A stretch of 57,093 nt of DNA, taken from Actinomycetota bacterium. GTDB taxonomy: Bacteria > Actinomycetota > Acidimicrobiia > Acidimicrobiales > Microtrichaceae. The notes beneath the pieces were generated by a model that saw only the letters and a program-made list of their open reading frames with translations, did no database searches and was not told the DNA's origin. The stretch covers positions 1-57,093 of the forward strand of contig CAUJEC010000055.1 of the NCBI GenBank assembly GCA_963169245.1, in the 5' to 3' direction. A program made the translations under genes and the position numbers. This document shows positions 8,743-17,854 of the stretch, one piece after another (the first letter of the stretch is position 1; the number at the start of each line of letters is the position of its first letter).

Positions 8743-9531
8743 GTGCCATACTCGAATGACTCCCAGGCTCTCATAGGCCTGATCGCAGCTGACCTCGCCA
8801 ACGCGCTCATCGCCACGGACTTCGACGGCACGCTGTCTCCGATAGTCGAGGACCCCGCGCTTGCGGTGCCCTGTGATGGGGCGATTGCCGTTCTTCGAGA
8901 GCTTTCGGCTCACTGTGGCGAGCTTGCAGTCGTCTCCGGCCGGCCGGTCTCCTACCTGAGTAGGTTCGTTCCCGCAGAGGTCACCGTTGTCGGGCTCTAC
9001 GGCCTCGAGTCCCTCAAGGATGGCCAGACCCAGGTCCATTCCAACGCAGGCATCTGGCGAGAGACGATGGATGACGTCGCCACTGCGGCGCGACTGCGGG
9101 GGCCCAAGGGCATGGTCGTCGAGTGCAAGGGTCTGTCCATCACGCTTCACTATCGGGGACATCCCGAACTCGAGAAGGCCGTGGAGGCGTACTCGGAGAT
9201 AGCGGCGCACTCGGGTGGGCTTCGTCGACGCGCTGCGCGGATGAGTTTCGAGCTTCATCCGCCGATCGACGAGGACAAGGGGACCGTGATCCGCAGGCTC
9301 GCCGCCGATCAGAGCGGTCCGGTCGTCTACATCGGTGACGACATCGGCGATCTGCCGGCGTTCGAGGCGCTTGACGAACTCGCCGCCGCCGGTAGACCTG
9401 TTGCGCGGGTGTGCGTGTCGTCGTCGGAAGTGACGGCCCAACTCGTAGAACGGGCGGACCTGGTGCTCAATGGACCGGGAGCGGTCGTGGAGTTCATGAA
9501 GCGACTGATCGAGGCTGCTCAGGGACAGTGA
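8743..9531 (+). CDS. otsB: trehalose-6-phosphate phosphatase (HAD family)
   Basis: HAD motif I ATDFDGTLSPIV, HAD motif GDDIGD, and a convergent otsA next door. Confidence 0.85.
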   Translation: MPYSNDSQALIGLIAADLANALIATDFDGTLSPIVEDPALAVPCDGAIAVLRELSAHCGELAVVSGRPVSYLSRFVPAEVTVVGLYGLESLKDGQTQVHSNAGIWRETMDDVATAARLRGPKGMVVECKGLSITLHYRGHPELEKAVEAYSEIAAHSGGLRRRAARMSFELHPPIDEDKGTVIRRLAADQSGPVVYIGDDIGDLPAFEALDELAAAGRPVARVCVSSSEVTAQLVERADLVLNGPGAVVEFMKRLIEAAQGQ

Positions 9532-9591
9532 ATCGGCGCCAGTGGCTCGTGGTGCGGTGCTTCCCAGAGCCCAGTGAGCCGAGCCCAGTGA

Positions 9592-11049
9592 TCAGAGCCC
9601 GTTGAGTTGGTCGGTAAGCCAGTCTCCCGGCGTTCTCGCTGTCGCAGCCGACCTAAGCACATCAGCACGTTCGGCCCGAGAGTCCAAGTCCAGGTCCAAC
9701 GCCGAGGCTAGAGCCGCAGCAGTGGCCGAGACGTCGAAGGGATGAACTCCAAACGCTGCGTCCGACATCTCTGTCCAGGCCCCGGCCTGTGTGGAGAGAA
9801 CGAGTTGGCCCGATCGCTCGTTGATGGCGGGGCCCTCCTTGGCGACCAGGTTGAGCCCGTCGCGAATTGGATTGACCAGTAGGGCGTCGTATCGCTGAAG
9901 TGCCGCCACCGAGCGTGGGTAGTTGTCGTCGGTCTCGAGGTCGATCGGAGTCCAGTTCGCGTTCGCCCACCGCTCGTTCACCCTCTGGGCGGTCGAGACG
10001 ACTTCGTCCCTGTAGCGACGGTACGCGGCAACGTTCTCCCGTGACGGGTAGCAGCAGGCCAGGAACGAGACCCTGCCCCGCAGGTCCGGTCGGGTCTCGA
10101 GCATCAGGTCGAAAGCCTCGAAGCCCCGGACGATGTTCTTCGATAACTCCATCCTGTCGACGCGGACCACCAGCTTCTGGTCGCCGTAGCGTTCGTTGAG
10201 CCGGGCGAGTTCGTCCGAACACTCGGGAGAGTCGGCGGTCTGTCGGATGGCGTCGATGTCACTCGACAGCGTCGAGGAGAACGTGCGAGCGCGGTCTGGT
10301 CGGTTCATGCCGAAGATGTCGAGCGACTGTTGAAAGTTGCGTCCCCAAAGATGCGTATGAAAACCAACTGCATCGTGACCGGCGAGTGCCCGCAGCATCA
10401 TGTTGCGCGCACGATCCGGGAGCACCCGCAGATTGTCGGGTCCTGAGAACGGTGTGTGGTGGAAGTGAACCAGCGACAGGTCCGGTCTCTGGTCTCGGAG
10501 GAACTCGCCCACGAGTGTCAGGTGGTAGTCCTGAACGAGAATCGCCGCACCTTCGGGAGCGGTCTCGGCGACCATGCCCGCAAATCGGGCATTGACCACC
10601 TCATAGGTCGCCCACGCATCCCACCAGTCATCTCCGAAACTTGGAGACCGGACAAGGTCATAGAGCCCGTGGTGGATGAACCAGAGCGTCTCGTTGGAGA
10701 CGACGTCGTAGTAGGCCGAGAGTTCCTCCGGGGTCATCGTGACCAGGTCCACCCGGTCCGAGAGGGCATCGGAATGATCGATGACCAGGCCCCTCCCGTC
10801 GCCATCGGTGCTCGCGGGTGAGAATGGCGACTCAGCGCTCCCGATCGACGCGAACAGTCTGTCCCCGTCCCCAAGCGCGGCTGCAACCCAACGAGCGTCG
10901 CCGGACTCGAGCAGCGGAGCGAGGCCCGAGACCAGTCCACCAGATCCGCGCTTGGCCCCGATGACAGTTCGGTCCGCCTCACGTGTGGCGGTGAAGGTCA
11001 CGGGCCCGCGGTTGGAGACGATGACTATGGGGCGATCGGGGTATGACAT
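9592..11049 (-). CDS. otsA: alpha,alpha-trehalose-phosphate synthase (GT20)
   Basis: IVIVSNRGP N-terminus, WFIHH and VQDYHL motifs, 485 aa. Confidence 0.92.
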   Translation of the reverse strand: MSYPDRPIVIVSNRGPVTFTATREADRTVIGAKRGSGGLVSGLAPLLESGDARWVAAALGDGDRLFASIGSAESPFSPASTDGDGRGLVIDHSDALSDRVDLVTMTPEELSAYYDVVSNETLWFIHHGLYDLVRSPSFGDDWWDAWATYEVVNARFAGMVAETAPEGAAILVQDYHLTLVGEFLRDQRPDLSLVHFHHTPFSGPDNLRVLPDRARNMMLRALAGHDAVGFHTHLWGRNFQQSLDIFGMNRPDRARTFSSTLSSDIDAIRQTADSPECSDELARLNERYGDQKLVVRVDRMELSKNIVRGFEAFDLMLETRPDLRGRVSFLACCYPSRENVAAYRRYRDEVVSTAQRVNERWANANWTPIDLETDDNYPRSVAALQRYDALLVNPIRDGLNLVAKEGPAINERSGQLVLSTQAGAWTEMSDAAFGVHPFDVSATAAALASALDLDLDSRAERADVLRSAATARTPGDWLTDQLNGL

Positions 11050-11085
11050 GATCCGTCAGCCTACGGTGGGAAATAGGGTCTACCC

Positions 11086-12078
11086 GTGCGAATACTTCTG
11101 GCGCCCGACAAGTTCCGCGGCACCCTCGACGCCGACGGGGTGATCGGAGCCATGTCGAGCGTTCTGCGCGACCTTGGCCATCAGGTCGATTCGCGACGTC
11201 TTTCGGACGGGGGAGAGGGATTTCTCGAAGCGTTCGGTGGTCCCAATCGGACCACGACTGTGAGCGGCCCGCTCGGCGATGACGTCGAGGCCGAGTGGCG
11301 CTACTCCAGGCGAACAGCGGTCATCGAGATGGCACGGGCATCTGGGCTGTCGCTCGTCGATGGGGCGGAGGGAAACGACGCGATGGCGGCCTCGACCTTT
11401 GGGACGGGCGAACTCATCAGTCGGGCGATCGACTCGGGAGCACGCCGGATCATCGTCGGGATCGGTGGATCGGCATCGACCGACGGTGGACTCGGTGCGC
11501 TTCGAGCGCTTGAGCCACTGCACCGGCTTCGGGGCGTGACGCTTCAGGTGGGCTGTGACGTCACCACCAGGTTTCTCGACGCGGCCGAACGGTTTGCTCC
11601 ACAGAAGGGCGCGAGCCCGCCACAGGTCGAACTTCTCAAGGGGCGACTCGTTCGCCTGACCCAGATGTTCGTATCCGACTACGGGGTGCAGGTCACGGAC
11701 CTGGTCGGCGGTGGGGCAGGTGGTGGCCTCGCTGGAGGTCTTGCCTGCATCGGGGCCGAACTCTGTTCTGGTTTTGACCTGGTCTCCGATGAGGTCGAAC
11801 TGGCCGAGGCGATCGAGGCTGCGGATCTGGTGATCACCGGGGAAGGATTCCTTGATGCCGAGTCCTTCAACGGCAAGGTTGTCGGTGGGGTGGTTGAACT
11901 GGCAGCAGATCTGGGCGTGTCAGTCGTAGCGATCGTGGGTGAGACCTATGACGGCGCAGAGGAACGAGTTGAAACACTGTCGCTGGTAGGTGAATTCGGC
12001 AGGGAAGAGGCCATGACCAACACGGCTGAATGTCTCGGCCGAGCCGTGCAACTGGTGCTGGAGAGACGCAGCCACTGA
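11086..12078 (+). CDS. glxK: glycerate kinase
   Basis: VRILLAPDKFRGTL N-terminus, IVGIGGSASTDGGLG and VITGEGFLDAES motifs. Confidence 0.88.
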   Translation: MRILLAPDKFRGTLDADGVIGAMSSVLRDLGHQVDSRRLSDGGEGFLEAFGGPNRTTTVSGPLGDDVEAEWRYSRRTAVIEMARASGLSLVDGAEGNDAMAASTFGTGELISRAIDSGARRIIVGIGGSASTDGGLGALRALEPLHRLRGVTLQVGCDVTTRFLDAAERFAPQKGASPPQVELLKGRLVRLTQMFVSDYGVQVTDLVGGGAGGGLAGGLACIGAELCSGFDLVSDEVELAEAIEAADLVITGEGFLDAESFNGKVVGGVVELAADLGVSVVAIVGETYDGAEERVETLSLVGEFGREEAMTNTAECLGRAVQLVLERRSH

Positions 12079-12094
12079 AGCGCAGCGGTGCGGT

Positions 12095-13006
12095 TCAGGG
12101 GCGGTTCCGGTAGCCGGGCACGTCGATCATGGGCGGGTGATCATTAGCCGCCATGACCACAGGAGAGGTGTCCGGCTTCATGAGAATCGACATGTCGCTC
12201 ACAAGCCCCGGATCCTCTCGACGCAACACCGCCTGCATGATGGCAAGTGCCTGAGGGCCAAGGTCTGTCAGCGTGCGGTTCCGGTGATGGCGGACATCGA
12301 GGTCGACCTGGATCAGGCCGTCGATGCCAAAGCGGGTGACATAGTCGATGAGTAGACCGATCTCGACGCCGTATCCGCCGGTGAACGGAAGGGTCTCGAG
12401 GACCTCACGGCGACCGCCGTACTCGCCCGAGAGTGGCTGGGCCAACAGAGCGAGTTGTGGGTGGAAGAGTGACAGGAGTGGCCGGGCGACGAGTTCGGTC
12501 ACCCGTCCGCCGCCCTCGCGTTCGCGTTCGGGGCGTTCGTAGAAGCCCTTCGCGAAGTCGACATGGTCCTCACAGATCAGTGCGCCGAGGATGCCCCGGA
12601 CCAACCGCGACCCGAACTCGGTGATGTCGCTGTCGCACCAGATGACCAGATCGCCTTCGGTCACATAGAGGGACTTCCACAGCGCCGATCCCTTGCCGTG
12701 TGACAGTCCGTGTTCTGGCAGCACCGAGCCGGAGTCCTCGACCCTGGCGCCGGCCTCCTTGGCGATCCGCGCCGTGGCGTCGTCGGACTGGTCGTCCATG
12801 ACCACTAGTTCGTCGATGGCGCCGGTTGAGAGCAGTTCTCGGCGCAGCATCGTGACGATCTCGCCGATGGTTGACTCCTCGTTGCGCGCGGGCAGGCAGA
12901 CCGAAACGGTCGTCGTGCCCTTGGCGGCAAGGATCCTCGCAAGGGGATAGTCCCGGTGTGTTGAGGTCCGAACGGGTCGGCACAGGTCCAGTGCGTTCTT
13001 CGTCAT
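12095..13006 (-). CDS. gpgS: glucosyl-3-phosphoglycerate synthase (GT81-like)
   Basis: VSVCLPARNEESTIGEIV, a DxD motif (WCDSDI), and the length and overall pattern of GpgS. Confidence 0.8.
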   Translation of the reverse strand: MTKNALDLCRPVRTSTHRDYPLARILAAKGTTTVSVCLPARNEESTIGEIVTMLRRELLSTGAIDELVVMDDQSDDATARIAKEAGARVEDSGSVLPEHGLSHGKGSALWKSLYVTEGDLVIWCDSDITEFGSRLVRGILGALICEDHVDFAKGFYERPEREREGGGRVTELVARPLLSLFHPQLALLAQPLSGEYGGRREVLETLPFTGGYGVEIGLLIDYVTRFGIDGLIQVDLDVRHHRNRTLTDLGPQALAIMQAVLRREDPGLVSDMSILMKPDTSPVVMAANDHPPMIDVPGYRNRP

Positions 13007-13013
13007 CGGCTAT

Positions 13014-13070
13014 CGACGGTAGTTCGTTGACGGCGCGAAATGCCCACGGGGCTTCTGATAACTACCATCG
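13014..13070. promoter_or_regulatory. 11-bp imperfect inverted repeat in the divergent gpgS / moaD-like intergenic region
   Basis: CGACGGTAGTT (13014-13024) pairs with AACTACCATCG (13060-13070), 10/11 complementary with a 35-nt spacer. Confidence 0.25.
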
Positions 13071-13112
13071 TTGGCTGACATCGTGGAACGAAACGAATGA
13101 CCGGAGGGTCAG

Positions 13113-13388
13113 ATGAGCGTCAGTATCCGAATCCCCACAACACTTCGCACCCTGACCGGTGGAGCGTCCCAGGTCGAGGTCGAGGGGACTACCGTCGGCG
13201 AGGTTCTGACCGCGCTCGACTCCCAGCACCCCGGATTCAAGGACCGTCTCTTCGATGCTGACGGCGATCTGCTTCGCTTCGTCAACGTCTTCGTGGCTGA
13301 TGACGACGTCCGGTACCTCGACGGTGTCAACACCCCGGTCCCCGACGGCGAGACTGTTGCGATTATTCCGGCGGTAGCCGGAGGTTGA
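13113..13388 (+). CDS. MoaD/ThiS/CysO-family sulfur-carrier (ubiquitin-like) protein
   Basis: 91 aa ending in ...IPAVAGG-stop, with the typical beta-grasp N-terminus (IRIPTTLRTLTGG). Confidence 0.85.
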   Translation: MSVSIRIPTTLRTLTGGASQVEVEGTTVGEVLTALDSQHPGFKDRLFDADGDLLRFVNVFVADDDVRYLDGVNTPVPDGETVAIIPAVAGG

Positions 13389-13447
13389 GTGGGGCCCGGC
13401 GGTAGCCGGAGGTTGAGCGGGGCCCGGCGGTTAAGCGGGGCCTGGCG
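13368..13447. repeat. 28-bp tandem repeat (about 2.6 copies) that begins inside the moaD-like gene and spans its GG-stop
   Basis: CCGGCGGTAGCCGGAGGTTGAGTGGGGC (13368-13395) is repeated at 13396-13423 with 1 mismatch. A shortened third copy lies at 13424-13441. Confidence 0.85.
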
Positions 13448-13552
13448 AATGTTGGGCTGAGTCGCTCGGCCCAGTGAGTTCCGCTACTGCGCCCCTGCAT
13501 CCTGAGTCATCTCCCAGAAGTCCGATCGAAGGACCTCGTTAGACTCCATCAC

Positions 13553-14233
13553 ATGGCTCATCCCTCCGTCCCCTCGATCGGTCTAGGTGTCCTGCACCTG
13601 TTCTTCCACCTGAGCGCGACGGTCGACCGGGATGCTGTGTTGGCGGCCATCAAGACCGCTGAAGCTGATGACGTCCAGGTGGTGACCGCCGTGATCCTGG
13701 GTCACAAGGCCGACATTGCGGTGCTTGCGGTTGCCGATGACCAGTGGAAGCTCCGCCATCTGCAGAGCAGCCTCGAGCGGGCAGGGCTCGAGCTGTCCCA
13801 GTCGTATGTGTCGTTGACCGAACTGTCGGAGTACGCGCAGGGTGTGCCCGAGAACATGCGACAGGCCCGTCTGTATCCCCAGTTCCCGATCCCCGACAAG
13901 CCGTTCTTCTGCTTCTATCCGATGTCCAAGGCCCGTGATGTCGGAGCCAATTGGTATGAACTCGACTTCGATCGTCGCAAGGAGCTCATGTACGAACACG
14001 GTGGGTCTGGGCGGAAGTTCGCCGGCCGAGTGGTTCAGTTGATCACGGGGTCGACGGGTCTCGACGAGTTCGAGTGGGGTGTGACGCTGTTTGCGGACCA
14101 TCCCGACACCGTCAAGGAGATCGTCTACACGATGCGTTACGACGTGGCGTCCGCGCAGTTCGGAATCTTCGGTCCGTTCTATGTCGGGATGATCGAGTCG
14201 GCCGAGACGGTCCTGAGCGAGCTCGGTGTCTGA
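13553..14233 (+). CDS. hemQ: coproheme decarboxylase / chlorite-dismutase-family protein
   Basis: 226 aa with the HemQ/ChdC-like pattern (LHLFFHL..., YPMSKAR..NWY, FEWGVTLF). Confidence 0.85.
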   Translation: MAHPSVPSIGLGVLHLFFHLSATVDRDAVLAAIKTAEADDVQVVTAVILGHKADIAVLAVADDQWKLRHLQSSLERAGLELSQSYVSLTELSEYAQGVPENMRQARLYPQFPIPDKPFFCFYPMSKARDVGANWYELDFDRRKELMYEHGGSGRKFAGRVVQLITGSTGLDEFEWGVTLFADHPDTVKEIVYTMRYDVASAQFGIFGPFYVGMIESAETVLSELGV

Positions 14234-15362
14234 CAGACCCGGTTGGTACTGGGACCCCGACGAGGTCACCAGCGATGAGCAGGTCGATGCGGCTGTGCTC
14301 ACGGCTGAGCCGACTGACGCCGGAGTCCCCATCGTTGCGCCCATCGATGCTCCCGTTGACTCTCCTTCCGGTCACGCGGACATCGCGCAGGACCAGGTTC
14401 CGGCAGAGTTGCAGACGGTAGAGCGCCGTTCGGCGGAGCAGCAGCCATCAGAGCCCAAGTCGGCAGGGCAGCAGTCGTCGTCGAGGTGGGGTCACAGGAC
14501 GGAATCGGCCGAACCGAGGTCATCATTCCTCGCGTCAAAGCGAGTACGAGTGGCCATCGGCATCTGCATCGCATTTGTTGTAGTGGCAATCACTGTGGTC
14601 GAGGTCGTCGGACGGTTCGCTCTGGAGCGGACCACAGCTAGTCAACTCCGAGAGCAGGGTGTCGCAGGTGAGGTGAGTGTCGACATCGGGCGGTCGTGGT
14701 GGACCCCGAGCATCACCAGACTGTTGCTGACCCGAACGCTCGATCGGGCACAGGTCGAACTCTCGCAGGCGCAACTGCTCGTCGTCCCGGTAGAACGCGC
14801 CCACTACGAACTCGAAGACATGAAGGTCTCGCTGTCATTCGGGTCGAGGTCGCTGCGCGTCACATCTCTTGGTGAGGGACGGGTGCTTCTGGTTGTCGAT
14901 CCGTCGACTGTCGAAGGCTTTCTCGGGGTGAAGGTCACCGCTAGGTCGGGTCTTCTCTACATAGGTGAGTCCACCACTCCTGCGGCTGTCGCTGTAGACG
15001 GGACCGAACTGGCTATCGACAGCCCGGATCTGGTTGCTGTCAACGGGACAACTCATGCTGCGTTCCCGATCGTTGACTCGTACCTGTTGCCTTGCACGCC
15101 GAGCGCCAAGGTGGTTGGAAGTTTCATCGAGCTTGCGTGTTCCGGGTCCGAACTCCCCGGAGTGCTGGCCCAGGCCATTGGCCCCCAACCGAAGCGGGAA
15201 CCGACCGATATGACCCAACCACCGGAGTTGGGGCCGTCCGAGTCGACAGTGCTCGAACCGGGAGAGGATTCTGGCCTGATTCCCGGATCAGGGCCCGATG
15301 GTGCAAGCGGCGGTCTCACCGAGGTGCCCGCAACGACTGCTCCCGGTAGACCCGGTGGGTGA
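14226..15362 (+). CDS. membrane-anchored hypothetical protein (acidic N-terminus with a GWYWDPD motif, one TM, DUF2993/LmeA-like C-terminal region?)
   Basis: The GTG start overlaps the hemQ stop by 8 nt. There is a single TM (VAIGICIAFVVVAITVV). The family assignment is from memory only. Confidence 0.55.
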   Translation: MSDRPGWYWDPDEVTSDEQVDAAVLTAEPTDAGVPIVAPIDAPVDSPSGHADIAQDQVPAELQTVERRSAEQQPSEPKSAGQQSSSRWGHRTESAEPRSSFLASKRVRVAIGICIAFVVVAITVVEVVGRFALERTTASQLREQGVAGEVSVDIGRSWWTPSITRLLLTRTLDRAQVELSQAQLLVVPVERAHYELEDMKVSLSFGSRSLRVTSLGEGRVLLVVDPSTVEGFLGVKVTARSGLLYIGESTTPAAVAVDGTELAIDSPDLVAVNGTTHAAFPIVDSYLLPCTPSAKVVGSFIELACSGSELPGVLAQAIGPQPKREPTDMTQPPELGPSESTVLEPGEDSGLIPGSGPDGASGGLTEVPATTAPGRPGG

Positions 15363-15843
15363 CCTGCCCGAGGGGTCTGGATCACAACAGGACGAGGAAC
15401 TGTTTCGAGTTCTGTCCGAGGATCTGGCGAACCGGATCGAAGCAACGCTGGCGCCCTGGACGATCTCGAACATCGAACGACTGAGTTCCGCAGCCGGTAT
15501 TTCCCTCACTGACGAGCAGCGCTCAGCCGTCGAGGCAGCAGCACAACAATGCCAACTTGAAGTCGGCGCCAGAGTCCGCGACCTGCTCGCAGCGGACATC
15601 GACGACCAGCGAACAACCCCGCTGGTGTTGCTCCGAGACGGAACCGCCTTCGCTACAGCGTTACTGGCAGAGCTGGGTGTGACCGAGGTTGTTCGGGACG
15701 AATTCGAACGCCGGTCATTCCCGAATGACATCTATGGCCTGTCTCCGGCCTCGCTCGCCGATGTGGACCAGAGCTTGGCGGAACCGGGGATGATCTGGGG
15801 TGCGGCCAAGGCGCATCTCTATAAGCGTCGGCGGATCTCGTAG
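15355..15843 (+). CDS. hypothetical protein (163 aa)
   Basis: The GTG at 15355 overlaps the upstream stop (15360-15362) by 8 nt. No recognised motif. Confidence 0.45.
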   Translation: MGDLPEGSGSQQDEELFRVLSEDLANRIEATLAPWTISNIERLSSAAGISLTDEQRSAVEAAAQQCQLEVGARVRDLLAADIDDQRTTPLVLLRDGTAFATALLAELGVTEVVRDEFERRSFPNDIYGLSPASLADVDQSLAEPGMIWGAAKAHLYKRRRIS

Positions 15844-15881
15844 CCCTGGCGCCGTGGGGCGACGCTCTGGGGCTAGATCTG

Positions 15882-16382
15882 ATGCGCCGGATCTCTGATG
15901 CGCCGGATCTCATGGGGCAACGCTCCGAGCCCTACGATCTGGCGATGATCGAGGTCGCAGAATGTACAGAGGTTGACGAGGATGTCGTGGCGGCGTTCGC
16001 GCGGCTCATCCCACAACTCTCCTCGTCGTCTGCTCCGCCATCGGCAGGAGAACTCACTGACATCGCCCGGTCCGAGGCATCCCATCTGCTGCTAGCCCGT
16101 GACGAGAACGGACGGATCGTCGGATCCATGACGCTGGTGGTCTTCCGTATTCCCACAGGTGTGCGTGCGTGGATCGAAGATGTCGTGGTCGACGGGGATG
16201 CCCGCGGCCACGGAGTCGGGGAGAAGCTCAACCTGCGGGCACTCGACATTGCTCGCTCACTCGGTGCGAAGACGGTCGATCTGACGTCTCGGCCAAGTCG
16301 AGAGGCAGCCAATCGGCTCTATCAGCGGATCGGGTTCGTGGCCCGGGAGACCAACGTCTACCGGCGCTCTCTCGACGACTGA
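15882..16382 (+). CDS. GNAT-family N-acetyltransferase
   Basis: Acetyl-CoA motif VVVDGDARGHGVGEKL....SLGAKTVDLTS....AANRLYQRIGF. The true start may be the ATG at 15945 (MIEVAE). Confidence 0.85.
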   Translation: MRRISDAPDLMGQRSEPYDLAMIEVAECTEVDEDVVAAFARLIPQLSSSSAPPSAGELTDIARSEASHLLLARDENGRIVGSMTLVVFRIPTGVRAWIEDVVVDGDARGHGVGEKLNLRALDIARSLGAKTVDLTSRPSREAANRLYQRIGFVARETNVYRRSLDD

Positions 16383-16507
16383 CCGGAGGTATCGGCGGGG
16401 CGACTCTGGTCGGCATGCGTCGCTCGGCCGACGGCGACGGGCTGTCGTCGGTCGGTCCTGTCTTCGGCCGGGCCCGGCCGGCCCGAACTCATGGCCCCAA
16501 AAATGTC

Positions 16508-16540
16508 GACTGGCGAGGGGCCGCGCTCCCCTCGCCAGTC
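16508..16540 (-). terminator. intrinsic terminator (13-bp perfect GC-rich stem, 7-nt loop), with a T5 tract on the minus strand
   Basis: GACTGGCGAGGGG-ccgcgct-CCCCTCGCCAGTC. The minus-strand continuation reads GACATTTTTGG. The plus-strand side has only a weak T run. Confidence 0.6.
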
Positions 16541-16656
16541 AGGACTTTGATGAACTCGCTATTGAGTCTGGTTTCTTCAGATGCGCTCCTTGTCTGTTGA
16601 TTCCACTCCCGATCGACTTTCTGATCGTGGTTCCTCTCCCACTTTCGGGGGTCTGC

Positions 16657-16812
16657 TCAGATCGTGATTCCGAGTCGGTAGGACTGCGACTTGTCGTCCC
16701 ACTCGAGCTGGATTCTCGGCTCCTTGCGGACCACCCGATCGGTGATCGAGGCCACGAACTGAGTGTTCATGGAAGCCGTTGTGTTTTCCGTGTTGTTCAG
16801 TGTCTTGACCAT
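16657..16812 (-). CDS. orphan small protein, 51 aa (MVKTLNNTENTTASMNTQFVASITDRVVRKEPRIQLEWDDKSQSYRLGITI)
   Basis: It sits in a 570-bp AT-richer gap. Third-codon positions are mostly G/C from this ATG onward (about 40 of 51 by my count) but not upstream of it. The terminator lies about 115 nt downstream. No family recognised. Confidence 0.4.
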   Translation of the reverse strand: MVKTLNNTENTTASMNTQFVASITDRVVRKEPRIQLEWDDKSQSYRLGITI

Positions 16813-16951
16813 GACAAGTACTACGGACGTCTCCGCGCCAATCTGGAGCCCATTGGTACGAAGGCCCCACCTGAATGAACCCTTCGGTCCAACGTCTGGG
16901 CCTCGGGGACAGTCAATGGGTCTTTCGGACCGTGTGTAACCATATGGATCG

Positions 16952-17854
16952 ATGAATGGTCCTACATGGGTGAAGAACCTGTCGCTGACACTCTGGTCGA
17001 TCTGGTCGTGGTTCGTATTCGGCGTCTGCATGCTGGCGGCCCTGCCGATCATGGCGTTCACCTGGGTGGTGACAGCCCCCTTCGACCCGCCCCGATACTG
17101 GACGGGTCTCATCTTCCGGAAGACGACAGTCATCCACCAGAAGCTGAATCCACTGTGGAAGTTCAAGGTCAAGGGTCCGTTCCCTGAGAACCCACGCAAC
17201 CCCTATGTGATGGTCTCCAACCACGAGTCCTTCGTCGACATCCTCCTCATCAGCCATCTGCCGTGGGAGATGAAGTGGCTATCGAAGACCGAGAACTTCA
17301 AGATCCCAGTGGCTGGTTGGAACATGCGTCTTGCCAAGGACATCCAACTCGTACGAGGCGACCACGAGAGTGGTGCAGCAGCGATGGTGGAGTGCGCCAA
17401 GCGTTTGGATCAGAAGGTCTCGGTGATGATCTTCCCCGAGGGCACCCGATCATTCGAGGGTGATCTGCTGCCGTTCAAGCCCGGCGCGTTCAAGCTCGCT
17501 ATCGAAAAGCAGCTCCCGATTCTGCCTCTCGCCTGTCATGGCACGGCGCCCGCGCTTCGCAAGCATGACTGGCGTCAGGGACGCTCCAACGCTGAGCTTC
17601 GTGTGCTCGACCCGATCAGCACCGAGGGAATGACCCTCGACGATGTCGACCGGCTCGCCAACATGGTTCGTGAGTGCATACGTGCCGAGTTGCGTTCCAT
17701 GGGTCGAGACCTCGACATCCCACCGGTGACAGGTCGTGAGCCGCGCGAGTCGGACTCTGTGAGCACGGCAGAGACCGACGACTCCGAGACCGACGCCGCT
17801 GTCGACACTCCAGTCGACATCCGCAATGGCTCCGGCGTTACTGCCCCTCGCTGA
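16952..17854 (+). CDS. plsC: 1-acyl-sn-glycerol-3-phosphate acyltransferase (LPLAT family)
   Basis: HX4D motif NHESFVD, FPEGTRS, and an N-terminal TM. Confidence 0.85.
   Translation: MNGPTWVKNLSLTLWSIWSWFVFGVCMLAALPIMAFTWVVTAPFDPPRYWTGLIFRKTTVIHQKLNPLWKFKVKGPFPENPRNPYVMVSNHESFVDILLISHLPWEMKWLSKTENFKIPVAGWNMRLAKDIQLVRGDHESGAAAMVECAKRLDQKVSVMIFPEGTRSFEGDLLPFKPGAFKLAIEKQLPILPLACHGTAPALRKHDWRQGRSNAELRVLDPISTEGMTLDDVDRLANMVRECIRAELRSMGRDLDIPPVTGREPRESDSVSTAETDDSETDAAVDTPVDIRNGSGVTAPR

Noticed and set aside
16577-16870. 97-aa minus-strand ORF in the GNAT-plsC gap
   Set aside because: It is an alternative frame to the 51-aa ORF. Its product is Arg/Gly/His-rich, and it lacks the G/C third-position bias seen in the chosen frame.
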